DNA of 64,000 bases from Camelus dromedarius (Eukaryota), in the NCBI RefSeq assembly GCF_036321535.1, contig NC_087454.1, positions 28,768,001-28,832,000 of the forward strand, written 5' to 3'. Below are positions 37,904-50,165 of this stretch, in pieces. Below the pieces are notes generated by a model, which was not told where the DNA came from, did no database searches, and worked only from the letters and a program-made list of their open reading frames with translations. Position 1 is the first letter of the stretch; each line of letters starts with the position of its first letter. The position numbers and the translations under genes were made by a program.

Positions 37904-39259
37904 CCCCATAATTTCTTAAAGAGAGTGTGGGTGATGTGGGGTGCAGAGGAGGCAGGTGGTCTCTCTGGGCAGGCAGTTGAATGGGCAGGTGGAAGAGGTG
38001 TAGTGCACAACTTGGGAGCTGGAGGAGACGTCTGGTAGGGGAAGGCAGAGTTTGAAAAGCCAAAGAGTCACACACATTTTGGATTTAGTTCTCTCTCCCT
38101 CTGCTGGGCTGTTAAGAGGGTAGCCTCTGCGTCCTGAGCAGGGAGAAAGCTGGATGCTGGGACCTCCCCTCCTCTCCTGCACTTTTGACTTTGCCCTGGG
38201 TCTTGGGAGACCCATGGAAAGGATGGCAGAGGGAAGTAAGAAGGCATCCTCAGCTCTGATGCCTCCTGTGGGTGTTTGTAGGGAGTAAGAGAAAGGATAA
38301 TCGTGTGGAGAGAGTCAGGATTCGGAAGAGATTTCTCCTTACCCTACTCCGCCTCCAGCAGCGTGATCCCTGACCACGGGGGAAGCTCCTGGTCACATAC
38401 GCATACTCTCCGTTTCCACAGAGGGGAGCGGGTATGAGCCACATATCCTGGTTTGGGAGAGATGCTTAGCAGATTTTTTTTGTCCTTTGGTTAAAGGATG
38501 TTGCCCAGCCAACTTGTGGTGCGCGTTTCTCCTTGTATCTGTCTCTGATACACTCTCTGCTCAGCTGTTCACTGGGTTCACGGCGCAGGTTCACTGTGCG
38601 TGCCGAGTCCCATCTAATGAAAGTAGACTTTGTTCTCTAGAGGCAGCTAATCGTGCCCCATGGGCTGTAATCAGGGAGAAGGTATTTAATACAGGGCAGG
38701 CGGCAACAGGCGGCCTGCACCCACTGGCAGATTGCAACATGGCAATTACAAATCTATCACCCCTCTCTCCACCCCAGCAGATATGGGGGGTGCTATTGAG
38801 TCTCTCCTCTGAACTGATTTTGAGTGAGTACTATGTAGAAGAGGAAGGAGGAGGCGGGGTTAGGTGGGGTGGGGGCCATGAGGAGAGCTGCTTTCCCTTC
38901 TCGCCTCACCTCCACGAGACAGGGAGGGTTTCCTGCTGCTCTGGGTATCTCCGTCAGCAGTGCCTGCAGGTCTAGCCCGAGGAGCCCCAGAAAAGACTGG
39001 GTTAGTCAGGGGTTTTAACTTAGGCCCCAACCTTTCTCCCAGAGCATAGCTGTTCTTGTAGTACCCAGCATGTGATCTGGTAGCCCCACATCCTGAGTCA
39101 GCTGCCTCCAGTTCCTTGAAGCTCAGGTAGTTTGTGGTGAGGGATGGGAGTGGGATTCTTCCCTGTCAATTTCTAGACCTTCTAGAAGACTCTTTTCCTG
39201 GAGATGCCCTGGAGCCAGCTCAGCATCCAGAGGCTTCAAAGGCTTCCTGCTTGCTCTTT

Positions 39260-39296
39260 ATGGCCCATGGCCCATGGCCCATGGCCCATGACCCAT
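39260..39296. repeat. 7-bp tandem repeat (ATGGCCC)x~5
   Basis: atggcccatggcccatggcccatggcccatgacccat. Confidence 0.9.
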
Positions 39297-41269
39297 TGAG
39301 TTGTCTCTGGGGGCCTCCTCCTCTCGCTGTGGGGTTGGGAGTCTCCTTGGGCTGAAACACTCCAAGGTAACCTGGGAATCTTTGGGTGAAGGAGAGGTGG
39401 CCCGTGGAGGCTGCACCTGGTAGCTGCTCTGCTGCCTTCTCTCTCACCTTTCCTCTTCTCCGGCTTGTGGACCTGCTGTCCAGCTGCTTCTCACTGTGTT
39501 CTCTAGTGCGCCTGGCATTGCTCTCACTGCTGGGTCTGACCTTCCCTGCAGCGCTTCCAGTCGAGGACAGCAGCCTGCCAGGCCCATCGTGTCCCTGTTC
39601 AGTACCAGAATTGTGGTCCCCTCTGGGCTGGATCTGGGGCACTTACCATCTCAGGACTTGGAGCCAGGGCCCCAGCGCACACTGGTATTTATGGACATGG
39701 GGCACGGAGGGAGTGGCATGGACTCTTCCTCATGGACTTGTGTTGGGGCCTCTGTAGGCTCCCTGGTGGACTCTCTCCCTGGTGGGCATTGTCTTCTGCT
39801 TCCCTAGTTGGGAGTCACTTCCCTCCCTGTGACTTGGACACTCTTTTCACTGATGATGCTACATATGAAAAGAGCAGTCTCTGGCCTGGAGGGAGAAACT
39901 CCCATCGCCACTGACATTCGTCCCAGAGTCTGAGTCTGCAGTTACCGCCCATCTCACTGCCAGCCACATCCACACTGTCTGTCTGTGCCCTCAGCGAACC
40001 AGATTATCTGGTCATGAAAGCCCTGGGAATGTGTGCTGTGGGGCCATGAGGTCGAGATGAGGCAGGCTGAGCTCGTGTGACGGGCTAGTTGTCACACATC
40101 TAGAGCTAGGGCAGCAGGGTCCAGGGGAGGCTGCTCTCCTTACAGGTAGACTTACTAGACACCTGGGCAGGTCAGTGTCCTCCCTGCCCACCCACTGCCC
40201 ATACGAGTTCCCAGTGCCTAGAGGACAGTGTGGCATTGGCAGGAATAGGGAAGAAAAGCGGCTGAGAATAGACGGTATATAAAGGCTCCTCAGCTGACTG
40301 GGGAGCAGGTGGGGAAGGGAGTGGGGACCTGGTTTCTCCATAGAGAAGGGGAGAAGGCAGAGGCCAGCTCTGGAACGTCCTCTGGGTTTCGTAGAAGCTC
40401 TTGGCTACCTGTATCTCTCATTCCTGTGTCTCTGGCTCTACCCCCTTTTCTAACTCATAGACACCCCTACACTCAGACCCCCTAAGTGTCAGGACCTAGG
40501 TGCCCAGGCTGGCTTGGGACTTCCTGGACACTCTCCCCCAGGCCAGAGGAGCTCCTACCCTGGGGCCCTCTGGAGGGGTGGCCCCAGGGAACCTGTGGGG
40601 TGACTTGTTTGCTTCCCCACACCTCAGGAATGTGCTGTCCCTTCAGGCCCTCCCAGATTCCTGCGCAGGGAGTTAGCCCGACACAGCAAGCTGCCTGTGC
40701 CCTGTGGGGACACGCTCTGCCTCACCATCAAAGGGGTAGAGGTTGGCGGCTCGTGCCTGCTGCCACGCCCCAGAACCCCAAGCCAGAGGCCAGGCTGCCC
40801 AGACAGAGGAGGGGGGCCACTCCTGCTTCCCTCCCTCCCCACCCCCTCACCATTCTTCCTGCCTGAGGCCCTGTTGGAATGCAACAGGAGTCATGGCCAG
40901 GGCATGTCCCGACAGTAGGAACACATGCTTTAGCCTGCGAGGCTTCCCTCAGCTCCCAGCTCTGGTTAGGTGGATGGCAGCGGCGAGATTGTTTATGCCC
41001 AGAAGGCCACCCGAGGTTACTGCCTCCACTGGTCCCTGTGGTGGCTGCTGCCCCCGTGCTGCAACCCAGTTTATTACAGGTGAGGGCAGAGGCCGGAACC
41101 CCACAAACCTGGAGGGGACCTCACAGGTCACTCAGTCCCGCTGCCTCTGTGCAGGTGAGAAACAAGCTTATCCAGCAAGGAGAGGACTGACCCAGGACCA
41201 CACAGTGTGTCAGAAGCAGTGCTGTGCTGAAACCCTGGTGTCTCAGCTCCCCAGGCGGGGCTTTCTACA

Positions 41270-41494
41270 CAGGGTTTCTCAGCCTGGGCACTATCAACAT
41301 TTTGTGCCAATAATTCTTTCTCCTGGGGCTGTCCTGTGCCTTATAGGATGTTTAGCAGCATCCCTGGCCTCCACCCTCTAGATGCCAGTAGTACCTACCC
41401 CTGTTGTGACAACCAAAAATGTCTTGAGACATTTGCCACATATCTGGTCGGGGGAGGGGATGAGAGGGGACCAAATCACCCTGATGAGAACCCT
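41270..41494. mobile_element. MER20 (hAT-Charlie) DNA transposon relic
   Basis: Contains cagggtttctcagcctgggcact...gttgtgacaaccaaaaatgtc..gacatttgcca...gagaaccc. Confidence 0.75.
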
Positions 41495-42010
41495 CATTGT
41501 TCTAAAATGCTGCCTTTTCAGATTTTTTTCTCCTGGACCTACCCCTCATTGCAGAGCAGAACACCCAGTCTGTTCACCACCATTGTCCACAGAACCAGCT
41601 TTTGGGGTCCTTCTGGAAACACTGCTAGGAGCTTTTCTGGCATCTTCTTGGGCCTCCACTTGGCTTTTTCCTGGCGTTCTCTTCTGCAAACCCATGTTCT
41701 CTGAATCTCTTAGTTGTTTCTAGACCTTGAGAGGTGGAGGAGATGAACAGGACAGGACCAGACCTATTCTAGAATCAGGCACGTGGTAAGCTGAGACCAT
41801 GAACGTGGACGCAGACACACACGTGTCTCCTCTGGGCCTGTGACAGAGCTTTCATAGGGGGGCCGGTGCTTCCAGTCCTGTCCAGCCACTACTGCTTTCC
41901 CCTCAGACCCCCTGTTCCACGGCTCTCCTGCCTGGCTCTCCCGGGGTGGGAGCACTGGCAGACAGGCAGCTGACACCTGGCTTCCACTTTCTTCCCTTCT
42001 CGGGTTTCAG

Positions 42011-42108
42011 GAGCTATCGGCTGGAGGAAGTGGAGGGGCTGTGGGATGCGGAGAGCCACTGGCTGACTCCGGGACAGTGGAACAGACAGAGCTGCGGACA
42101 GGCTGACG
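42011..42108 (+). other. Predicted TJAP1 5' leader exon
   Basis: Long pyrimidine tract ending tttcag| and donor |gtatgt; 98 nt. Confidence 0.6.
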
Positions 42109-42774
42109 GTATGTGGAGGCCTGCACCCCACTGGGTTCCCTCCTGGGGAGGCTGGCAGGTGAGGGGGCAGCAGGCAGCCACTACTGGTGGGGGCTGGTGA
42201 AAAGAGTCATGGAGGCCCCTGCCCCCTCTGCAGGGAGCCTGAGTTGGGTGCACATCCTCAAACCCTTACTTTCTGGTGACCTTTTTTTTAAGCTAACATT
42301 TATCGAACATCTCCCAAGCGCCAGCTGCAGTTGTTACTGCTTTACATACTCGCTACAACAACTCTGTGAAATTGGTGCCATTCTCAGCCCAGTTCAGTCA
42401 AGGAAACTGGTGCATGGCGAGCAGCTTTTCCCTCTGAGGCCACCTTCTGAGCCCACAGGGGCCAGGGGTGGGCCGCTCCTCAAGCCCAGTCCACGCTCCC
42501 TGTACCCAGTCCCTAGGCCCTGTCTTTACCCCCAATCTGTTCCCGCTGGGCCTGGGCACCTCTCCATCATGCCCCTGACTGGTGGGCACCAACACACCAG
42601 AGTCCAGCCCTTCTAATGACCCCAGCAGCGGCCCAGGCCTGTCTACTTGCCTGGTGTCTCCTACATTTCTCTTTTACTATCCTTTTTCCCTCAGTCCAGA
42701 GGCCTCTTGCCACATCTCTGAGCCTCCTCCTTCCTTGTTCCCCTCAGCAGGTTGAGAAGCCCTCACCTCCCAGA

Positions 42775-45700
42775 ATGACCAGTGCGGCTCCTGCTAAGAA
42801 ACCCTACCGCAAGGCGCCACCTGAGCACCGGGAGCTGCGGTTGGAGGTTCCTGGCTCCCAACTGGAGCAGGAGGTGGGCAAGAGTACCACACACCGCCCC
42901 CCGCCTTGCCCTGGCTGGCAGGTGCAGCCCCTGCGGCTGGGATCTGGCTGACTTGTCCTGCCTGAGGGGATGTCTGGTTCCCTAAGTCAGGGTGAGGGTG
43001 TGCTATTGCTGATACACTCTCGGGGTCTCAGCTGCAGCAGTGCTGGTAGGGGCCACGTAGACTCGTAGGGGGCAGCTGTAGTGCTGTCCACGTGTCAGGG
43101 AACTTGAGAGCCACTGTAGCTTAGCAGAAATGATCTCATGCAGTATTGTTCTTTGTGCATGATGCAGTCCACCAGACTGAGGGCTCCTAACCTGCAGGAG
43201 GCTGGGACTCTGGTCTTCCACTGGTGTGGGAGGGCCGACCAGTCTGCGGCCCTTCTGGGGGCATTAGGAGGTGGCTCTCCAGCTACTTCCCGCCAGACTA
43301 GCTGTTCTTTGCTGTCCCCAGAAGTCCAGCCCTTCCGCTTTGCTTTGTCTGCCCAACATTGATTAAATATGTTTTCCCTGCTAGGAACTGCATTAGGTTT
43401 TTAGGAAGCCTCCTTCAGGCACCTGCAAAACACTCTCCAAATCTGTTCTCCTCCCTCCTTAAGCTTACTGCAGGAGGAAACGGGGGCTACAGTTCATTCA
43501 CCTTGCTCCTGTGTTTCCACCTTGTTGCACTGCGTGGAACATGTTTAAAGAACTTGAGAGACAGCTGGCACGTGCCAAGCATCAGGCATACCGTGGCCCG
43601 CTCTGATCAGATTCAGGGCAGAAATGCCTTCCGTGACTTGCCTATTTTCATTTCAGGAAAGAGTGAATAAAAAGGCCAGATTGTGCTTGGTGCCACTCAT
43701 TGGGCAGTCACCTGGTTTTGTAGATGAGGCCACCAGGGCTCGGCAAGGTAACCATAGCCAGCATGTGGTAGAACAGGATCAAATCCAAGTGTCAGTGGCT
43801 CCCCAGTCTGTGGGCTTGGCTGCCCACTTCACTGCCCTGCCTGTGATTGACATCCTGAAACAGTTCCATGTGAAGTGAGCCCCTTGACATTTCCCTCCTG
43901 CCGTAGCACATATCTGCTCTGCTTGTGGTTAGCTGAGCTCTGGCTCTTGGGCCATGACTAACATGGAGTCTCGAGGAAGATTAGGCAGGAGGGTAAAAGC
44001 AGGACATTTCACTTCTCTCACTCAGGATGAGCCCAGAGGCTCTTCTTCCCCCATTCATGTTCTTCCCAAGCCTCTCTGAGGGCCTGCGTCTGCCCAGGGG
44101 GCCCTGGAGGGCTTTGTCAGAGCTCAGAGTCCTACTCTAGCTCACATGACTTCCTCACTTCTCTGGAAGGTCTCAGTCATGCTTGCAGGGCCCATGAGGA
44201 GCCCAGTGAACAGCTGGGAGCCTCTCTTTTAGCCCTGGAAGAGGCAGCATGGGTACTGGACCCATTTGCAGTTGACTCTGGGATTAAGAGGGGTTGGGGC
44301 TGGTGAGGGTGAGGGTGAGGGTTTGAAGGGGTTCTTTAATCTTCCGGTTGGCATGGGAGAGAGTAGTCTGGGCTTGTCTGGGTGTTAACTGGATTGCCAG
44401 CATCTCTACAGGGCCCTGCAGTCCACTTCTGCTGTGAGAGTCTCTGGGCTCCAGACATGGCCCTTTCCAGGACTGTTTGGAGGGGGTGGGGGCAAGAAGG
44501 AGGCCAGTGGTCCAGAGCTGAGCCTCAAGCTTCTGTTCTTTTGTGCCCAGGAGCCCCTGACTGACGCAGAGAGGATGAAGTGAGTATCTGCTGCTCAAGA
44601 GCCTGCCCTGCCTCAACTCTGTCCCTCTTAGCTCCAGGCAAGGCTGGGCTTTTCCTTGGATTAGGTAGAGATAAAGGTTAACGTGGGGTGTTTTAGGGAC
44701 TCTGGGAGGAGGCTTGATATTGTGCATATTCTTTCCAGAAAAAGAGATTTGTTCCATGGGCTACAGGAGAACCTGGAATCAAGGAGGTGGGTGGCTCTGA
44801 GGGGCCTGCTCTTGCCAGAGCCCTTCCCCAGCTCCTGGCCCTCCTGTGCCAGCTGCCTTCCTGTAGCCCTTTCTGTGAGGCCTCTGGAGGGAAGGACAAG
44901 CACTGGGCTGGATTTCCCAGAAATGAATAATGGAGTAGCCTGATTGTGCAGTGGGGAAACTGGAGCTGGAGGCTTGGTGACTGGCTGGCTTGGGTTGTAA
45001 CCAGAGACAGACTAGGAACTGTACCCCATGCACTTCTGTCTTCTCCTTCTCCAGTGAGGGGGTGGGGGTGTGGACTGGACTGTCCTCTCCCATCCTGTCT
45101 GCCTCCCCAACCCTTCAAGCCAAGCTGTTCTCATGGCTGGCAAGCCTATGGGATATGCTGCCCCCTACTCAGGCTGAGTCTCAAGGAGTCCCCTGCCTGC
45201 AGCTGCCTGTCCTCATGTCACTCCTACTCCTTCCTTCCTGAATCTAACCTGAGACTCCATGGCTGGCCCTTCCACCTCTGATGCCCTCTGTCTTTGACCC
45301 CTCTACTCCCTAGGCTTTTGCAGCAGGAGAATGAGGAACTTCGCCGGCGCCTGGCCTCGGCCACCAGGCGCACTGAGGCCCTGGAGCGCGAGTTGGAAAT
45401 TGGACAGGACTGTCTGGAGCTGGAGCTGGGCCAGAGCCGCGAGGAGCTGGACAAGTTTAAGGACAAGTTCCGCAGGTGTGGGAACAAGGGGCCGGGACAC
45501 ACATGCACATGCCTCCCTGTTCACAGGAGGTGAGCTGAGAGAGGCCTGAACTCATCTGATTCTGATGAGACAACTGAAGTTCTGAGAGGATAATGACTTG
45601 CCCAAGATCGTATATCAGGGAGGGGCTGAGCAGGGTCTGAAGAATAGGACCTTGTCCCAGGGTCTTCCTTGTATTCCTCTACAGGCTGCAGAACAGCTAC

Positions 45701-48700
45701 ACGGCTTCCCAGAGGACCAACCAGGAGCTGGAGGACAAGCTGCACACGCTGGTAATCTGTCCAGGAGGGCAGTTGGGCTGGCACTGCACTCACAGCATAG
45801 CCGGGGGCTGGGACTTGCCTGGGGACTGCCATTCTGCCCTGGGGCTTGGGAAGGCGGGTGGGCCGTGGTGGTGGGGGACCCGCAGTGTGCTGTGCGAGTC
45901 AGGACTGTCTTAATGCTCACACTGTTTCTCTTCTCTCCTCGTCTTCCCCTCATGCTGCCACCGTCGCTGCCGCACTCTCCTCTCAGGCCTCTCTTAGCCA
46001 CAGCTGGATTTTTGCAGTTGCGTCTGAGTTTGTGTGTTTTCTCCCTTGCCCTGGCCTCCTCCTCAGCTGAGATCTGGAATTGCTGGGGGCCGGCCACTGC
46101 CCTCTGCCCACTCCTTTCCTTTTCCTTGTGTGAGGCCCGTTCAGCAGTCAGTGCCTCCCTCTTGGGGAATGGTTGGGGAGGCTGCTGTTGGCTTGGGCAG
46201 AGGTACTGATTCAGAGGTCACCACTGAACGCTCACAGCTTCTCAGCTGCAGCGGTAGCAGGCCCAAGCCATCTGGGGGAAGGGGAATGTGGATCTAGTTC
46301 AGGAGCTGATGGTCCGAAGGCTGCTTTTGAGCCTGCAGCTCCCTCCCACCTTCTGGGTTTGCACAGTTATTGCTTCTCAGGTACCAGCTGCCTCGCCTGG
46401 TGTGTGGAGCCCCTTGAGCTCCCTCAAGGGCTGGGCAGCTCTTAGACTGCTTTGTCCTGGGCCCAGCGGCCATCGATCATGCTCAGAAAGGCCCCCGCCC
46501 CACAGCCAGCCTGGACTATGGAGGTGTCTGGTCTCCTTCTGTCTGTCCATCGTCTGTCTACTCTGTCCGCCTTGGCTGCCCTAGCACCTGTGGCTTCCTG
46601 TGTCTCTGGGCTGGGAGGAGGGGGAAGTGAGGAAGGGCTGGCTGGAGTGCGGGCTGGGTTCACCATGAGTCCTGTGCCCCAGATCAAGAAGGCTGAGATG
46701 GATAGGAAGACACTGGACTGGGAGATCGTGGAGCTGACCAACAAGCTGCTGGACGCCAAGAACACCATCAACAAGCTGGAGGAGCTCAATGTACGTGTGC
46801 CTCGGGTCCTCCCCGCCTGTGCTCCCCCGGGCAGGGCTGGGCTCTGAACCCTGTCTGTGTCTGCAGGAGCGGTACCGGCTGGATTGCAACCTCGCTGTGC
46901 AGCTCCTCAAGTGCAACAAGTCCCACTTCCGTAACCACAAGTTCGCTGACGTGAGTAGGGTGCCCTCCTTGCCAATGCCTGTCCACATATTTTAGGACCC
47001 CTCTAACTCCAGTTCCTACGCTTCTCTCCATTCTCCTGCCTTCAGCTCCCTCTTTGTCATCCCCTTGCCTCCCTGTTTCCTCTCAAACTGGTCAACTCTG
47101 CCACTGGTTAGTGTCCTATGTCCTATCAAAGGCCCATCACTAGGGATGGGATGGGGTGGGGGCTGGCCTTATTGGTATTTCTGGAACAGACACAGAGAGA
47201 GGGTCTCAATTTCTGGATCCTGTGCAGGAGGGGGTGGCCAGAGCTATGAGCCATAAGAACACTGAGAGGGCCCCTTGCTCCCAGGAGGAAACTCTAGATC
47301 CCAGAGCTCAGGCCCATGCTCAGGCCTGCAGAAGGAATGGAGGTATTTCCAAGGCTTCTGATCAGTACTGATTATCAAGCTCGTGTCTGGTTTGGGCAGA
47401 AGGTACTGCTGGGATGGGGGAGTTAGGCGTTTGAAAGCACATGGGCCTTAGCACGAGTTCTGGGTTCAAATTATGGCTGTGTTAATCAAAAGCTTCAAGT
47501 TATTTTACCCCTGTTGAGTCTCAGTTTATCTGCGAAATGAGGATATACCTTGGCATGCTGTGAGAACAGATAGATAGCAAGTGTCCCGCACACTGTGGTC
47601 CTTATACGTGGTAGCCGTTACTTTTTGCCAGGGAGAGAGCTGTCTTAGGCTGGGATCATTCATGTCTCTCTTTCCTTCTCTCTCCTTTACCCCAGCTGCC
47701 CTGTGAGCTACAGGACATGGTTCGGAAGCATCTGCGCAGTGGTCAGGAGGCTGCCAGCCTGGGCACTGCCCCCAGCCCGGCCCCGGGGGCTGTGGTTCCC
47801 ACCTCAGTCATTGCTCGAGTGTTGGAGAAGCCAGAGTCTCTTCTGCTCAATTCAGCCCAGTCAGGCAGTGCCGGTTGCCCCCTGGCTGAGGACGTCTTTG
47901 TGCATGTGGATATGAGTGGGGGTGACATGGCTGGTCCTCCAGCCCCTGGCAGCCCGACCCCCCAACCCAATGGGGACTGCTGCTCTCTGGGCACTGCTGG
48001 GGGCTCCCCAGCGGAGGAGCCGCCCCTGCCAGCCTTTGAGAAGCTGAGCCCCTACCCAACCCCGTCTCCGCCGCACCCGCTGTATTCTGGCCGCAAGGTG
48101 ATAGAGTTCTCTGAGGATAAGGTGCGGATACCCCGCAACAGCCCCCTGCCCAACTGCACGTATGCCACCCGCCAGGCCATCTCCCTGAGCCTGGTGGAGG
48201 AGGGCGGAGAGCGGGCCCGCCCTAGCCCCATGCCCAGCAGCCCTGCCTCAGCCCAGGCCTCACCCCAGCACCAGCCCAGCCCTGCCCCCCCGACACCCAG
48301 CGCCCCGGCCAGCTCTGCCAGCTCTGAGGAGGACCTGCTGGCCAGTTGGCAGCGGGCGTTTGTGGACCGCACTCCGCCCCCGGCTGCTGTGGCCCAGCGC
48401 ACAGCCTTCGGACGTGACGCGCTCCCTGAGCTGCAGCGCCACTTTGCTCTAGGCCCCGCTGATGGAGATGAGGAGGTTCAGGCACCTTCTTCCCTACCTG
48501 GTGAAAGCGGGCTTTTACTGCCAACAGAAGCTGACCGTGGCTTTCCCAGGGAGGAGGAAGGGGAGGAGCTGAACCTGCCCGTCAGCCCCGAGGAAGAGCG
48601 CCAGAGCCTGCTGTCCAGTGACTGTGACACAGAAGAGGGCCCTGGCACTCCCCGCTCTGAGGGCAGGGCCTGGGCACTCCCCAGCTCTAGCCGCCCCCAG

Positions 48701-48787
48701 CGCAGCCCCAAGAGGATGGGGGTGCACCATCTGCACCGCAAGGACAGCCTGACCCAGGCCCAGGAGCAGGGCAACCTGCTCAACTAG
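42775..48787 (+). CDS. TJAP1: Tight junction-associated protein 1 (PILT), 546 aa, or 556 aa with a 30-nt cassette exon
   Basis: Exons 42775-42873, 44551-44579, 45314-45475, 45685-45751, [45987-46016 optional], 46683-46790, 46867-46950, 47696-48787. N-terminus MTSAAPAKKPYRKAPPEHRELRLE, a coiled coil, and C-terminus HHLHRKDSLTQAQEQGNLLN. Confidence 0.96.
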
Positions 48788-49440
48788 GGCCCCCCTGCTT
48801 GGCTTCCTGCCACTGCTGCACTGGGGCTGCAGGGCGCCCCGACCTTTGCAGCTCAGGGTCCCTGCCCAGCCTCAGCCCTTGAACTCTGCTCCCTGTGCGG
48901 ATAGGGTCAGGCCACAGCAGGCCTTTCAGCTGCAGTGACTATAACTGATACCAGCTTGCCTCATGGTTTTTCCCTTCTGGAATATTTACTCTTCAAAGGT
49001 AACTTGCAGCTGGGCTCATGACCTTTCTACCCGTCAGCCCAAGTTGGTCTGTTCGGGGGAGCTGAGGGGTTTATTACATCAGTGTTTATCCTCCATCCTT
49101 TTTTCATATCCACCAGTTTTTTTTCCCCCCGGCGCGTGAGGCATGGGTCATTGGGATTACTAACCTCTAATTTCTATTTTCACCTGTTTCCCTCTCCCCC
49201 CAAGTCCTCTGCACGAGCTGTTGCCTTCAAGGAGCCTAGCACAGCAGGCCCTCAGGGGATGAGGGAGAGGACTGACTCAGGGCTCTCCTCAGCTGTTTCC
49301 TTCCTCCCTCTGGAAGGGAGTGGAGGATGGGATTCAGGGGCCTCAAGCTGAGCTCTAGGAAGCCTGGCCCTGCTCCCAACCTTGGCTCTAGACTGTTACT
49401 CCCAGCTTTGGGAAATTTTCACATCAATAACTATTTTAAA

Positions 49441-49451
49441 ATTAAATTAAA
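49441..49451 (+). terminator. TJAP1 poly(A) signal (tandem ATTAAA)
   Basis: attaaattaaa in an AT-rich patch ~650 nt after the stop. Confidence 0.6.
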
Positions 49452-49827
49452 CTATTTTACTGGTATGGCCTAATTTGTCTAGTAATGACATTCTTTCTGC
49501 CATTCTTCCCAGTCCTAGTCATGTCCTAGTCTTTGCTAGTGGTTCCCCTTGCCCCTACTCTGCCTAGGGCTTCCCTGGGCACAGTATCAGGCAGGGGGAG
49601 AGAGAGGGTGCACCTCAGGTAAACTTGGCAGGGCCCCTGAATCTTTCCTTAAGGTAAGGTCCAATCCAGACCAGCTCTAAGGGCTCTTGACCTTAGTTAT
49701 GATCCTTACGGGACCTATGTAAGGTGTCATCCCAGAACCCTGGGTCCTAGCAGTTGGAGACCTGAGCCAGACTTGGAGTCATTTGGGGCCAGTGGACACT
49801 GCCTGGAGCTTGGGCCGTGGGGTGGTA

Positions 49828-49841
49828 CTGCCCTCTAGTGG
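49828..49841 (-). promoter_or_regulatory. Candidate CTCF site (CCACTAGAGGGCAG)
   Basis: Full match to the CTCF core CCASYAGRKGGCRS, between the convergent TJAP1 and LRRC73 ends. Confidence 0.55.
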
Positions 49842-50165
49842 TGTCTAGTGGTAGTTCAAATTCCTCCCCTACTGTCAGCCCCCAGGGATCAGAGCCACAC
49901 ACCAGGTTGTAGAGTTCATAAAATCTCTTCCGAGCCAGCGGGCTGCAGCCAGAGCTGCTAACAAGTCCAGAGGCATTGCTTTGGGTTCAAGTGCCCCCAA
50001 GAATTTTGCTCAGTCACAGCTTCCAGAGCCTCCCACCACATTGCCAGGAGCTGCCAGAGCCCAGGCACCCTCCCTTCCCCAGTCCCAGGGCCTGACCCTG
50101 ATATTTAGGGCAAGGTGCTGGGGACATAGACAAATGTAAAGGTGCACAGAAGCCTAAATGGAGAG

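Noticed and set aside
39386-39807. 100-120 aa ORFs in the TJAP1 intron as a nested gene
   Set aside because: No homology recognised, no convincing splice or poly(A) context, and lengths expected by chance at this GC content.
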